NCBI RefSeq assembly: GCF_964194155.1
Contig: NC_135901.1
Span: forward strand, 34,162,001-34,226,000
Reading direction: 5' to 3'
From: Cetorhinus maximus
Taxonomy: Eukaryota
Length of the DNA stretch: 64,000 nt
Both the position numbers and the translations under genes were made by a program. Positions 62,641 through 64,000 of the stretch are shown here, piece by piece. Below the pieces are notes generated by a model. It was not told the DNA's origin and ran no database searches. It worked only from the letters and a program-made list of their open reading frames with translations. Within the stretch, counting starts at the first letter, position 1; every line of letters starts with the position of its first letter.

Positions 62641-62880
62641 TTGTTGATTTGGAGATATATCACTGTTCCTTCATCATCACTGGGTGAATAACCTGTAACT
62701 CCTTACCTAACAGCATTGTGGGAGCACCTTCACCACACAGACTGCAGCGCTTCAACAAGGTTAATCATCATCTCCACAGGCAACTGGGGGGGTCACAATA
62801 AATGCTGGTATCTGTGGAGAGAGACAGAATTGTGCAGAATGATTTAGTTTGATTCAGGTGGGTGTCACCGGCTAGGCCAA

Positions 62881-63155
62881 CATTCAGAGGGCAGCTAAGA
62901 GTCAACCACTGCTGTGATCTGGAGTCACGTGTCGGCAAGACCAGGTAAGGACAGCAGATTTCCTTTCCTAAAGGGCATCAGTGAACCAGATGGGTTTTTA
63001 CAACAATCATTTGATTATTAATTCCAGTCTTTTTTTTTATTGAATTGAAATTCCACCATCTGCCATAATGGGATTTGAACCCGAGTCCCTGGGATATTGC
63101 CCTGGGTCTCTGGATCACTAGTCCAGCGAAAATACCACTACACCATCGCCTCCCC
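62881..63155 (-). mobile_element. tRNA-derived SINE with head and body
   Basis: GGGGAGGCGATGGTGTAGTGG (A box)...GGGTTCAAATCCC (B box), followed by the body shared with the intronic fragments. Confidence 0.8.
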
Positions 63156-63705
63156 TTAGGGAGTAAAAATGCTGCAGAATTTGATGATCAGCTTAAGCTC
63201 AGAGGTGGAAATGGACTATAGCTCAGGAAAAACAATTCCTGACTATGAAAGATACTGTGGGGAGATAAAGCTGGGAAGCCAGCAGCACATGGTCGTGGGG
63301 ATGGGCATCGGTGGAAACCTCATTTAGACACAATCAACAGAAGTAACAGTAAAATACTAAACATAACTCAAATACATCCATTATTAGAGACAGGAGAAAT
63401 TAAAAATGGCAGAGAGGTGATAGGGTGGGGGGGGGGTGGCAGAGGTGAGACAGAGCAATGGATGGACATGGATTCAGATCCACAGAAAAGGAGCCACACC
63501 AGTCCCAGAGCCATGGAACCCCTCACAGATACAGAGCGTAGAACTAAACACTCTAAATTGTAGGTGGATGGTGAAAAACAGTCAACTCTGAAACAGTTTC
63601 AGTTTTCAAATTTAAACTCTCCCCCTGGAGCCTGCAGCTGGAAAGATATCAGGAACACTGGAGTCAGAGAAAAATCTCCCAGTTGAGGAAATACCCGGGG
63701 AGCGG

Positions 63706-63838
63706 GATGATGTCACAGTGTAATTGTCGATGTGTGATGATGTGACCGTGTAATTGTCGATGTGTGATGGTGTCACAGTGTAATTGTCGATGTGTGATGA
63801 TGTGACCGTGTAATTGTCGATGTGTGATGATGTCACAG
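63706..63838. repeat. Minisatellite, 30-bp unit x about 4.4, with 60-bp alternation
   Basis: GATGATGT(CACA/GACC)GTGTAATTGTCGATGTGT repeated. Confidence 0.92.
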
Positions 63839-64000
63839 ACACGAACACAGAACATCTGGGTCTGTGCAAACCAGTGATCACCACACATTATGAAGGATGT
63901 GAGGGTCCTTGAGAGGGTGCAGAGGAGATTGACCAGAATGGTTCGAGGGATGAGGTGTTTTATTTGTAAGATTAGGTTCGAGAAACTGGGGTTGTTCTCC

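Noticed and set aside
63070-63155. tRNA gene
   Set aside because: A and B boxes are followed directly by the SINE body found elsewhere in the window; it is a SINE head.
63706-63838. CACAGTG heptamers suggesting V(D)J recombination signals, or a CRISPR-like array
   Set aside because: No ACAAAAACC nonamer at 12/23 spacing, no unique spacers, and eukaryotic context; it is a simple minisatellite.

Overview
Vertebrate genomic DNA, almost certainly a shark/elasmobranch (inferred from the CR1, CR1-Zenon, L2, RTE, Penelope and SINE families and the ZNF types; not checked by search). The window is a tandem cluster of C2H2 zinc-finger genes whose coding sequence sits in one last exon and shows no KRAB, BTB or SCAN domain. 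There are eight recognisable copies in two subfamilies: three + strand genes starting M(E/V)K(P/R)WKC (17724, 26653, 54290; all intact) and five - strand genes starting M(E/D)G(K/Q) (38445 intact; 33539 and 43196 truncated by frameshifts; 2636 and 60274 disabled). Three further ZNF relics sit beside promoters. Each gene has a CpG-rich promoter built from reusable modules: NRF1 arrays, a 44-45 bp YY1-NRF1 tandem unit, dual CCAAT boxes and a ZNF143-like site. The spacers are mostly decayed retroelements, with six tRNA pseudogenes. The most notable observations are Penelope-derived foldback elements carrying minimal hammerhead ribozyme motifs and 13-14 bp target-site duplications; a 21-bp 3'UTR micro-inversion that separates the two ZNF subfamilies and toggles an AATAAA; fossil zinc fingers and a uORF in the 5' leaders; a bidirectional promoter core used in opposite directions by different paralogues; and a rearranged CR1 that splits a promoter. 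Repeat boundaries were read by eye and are approximate. Most ORFs in the supplied track are LINE debris or shadow frames.
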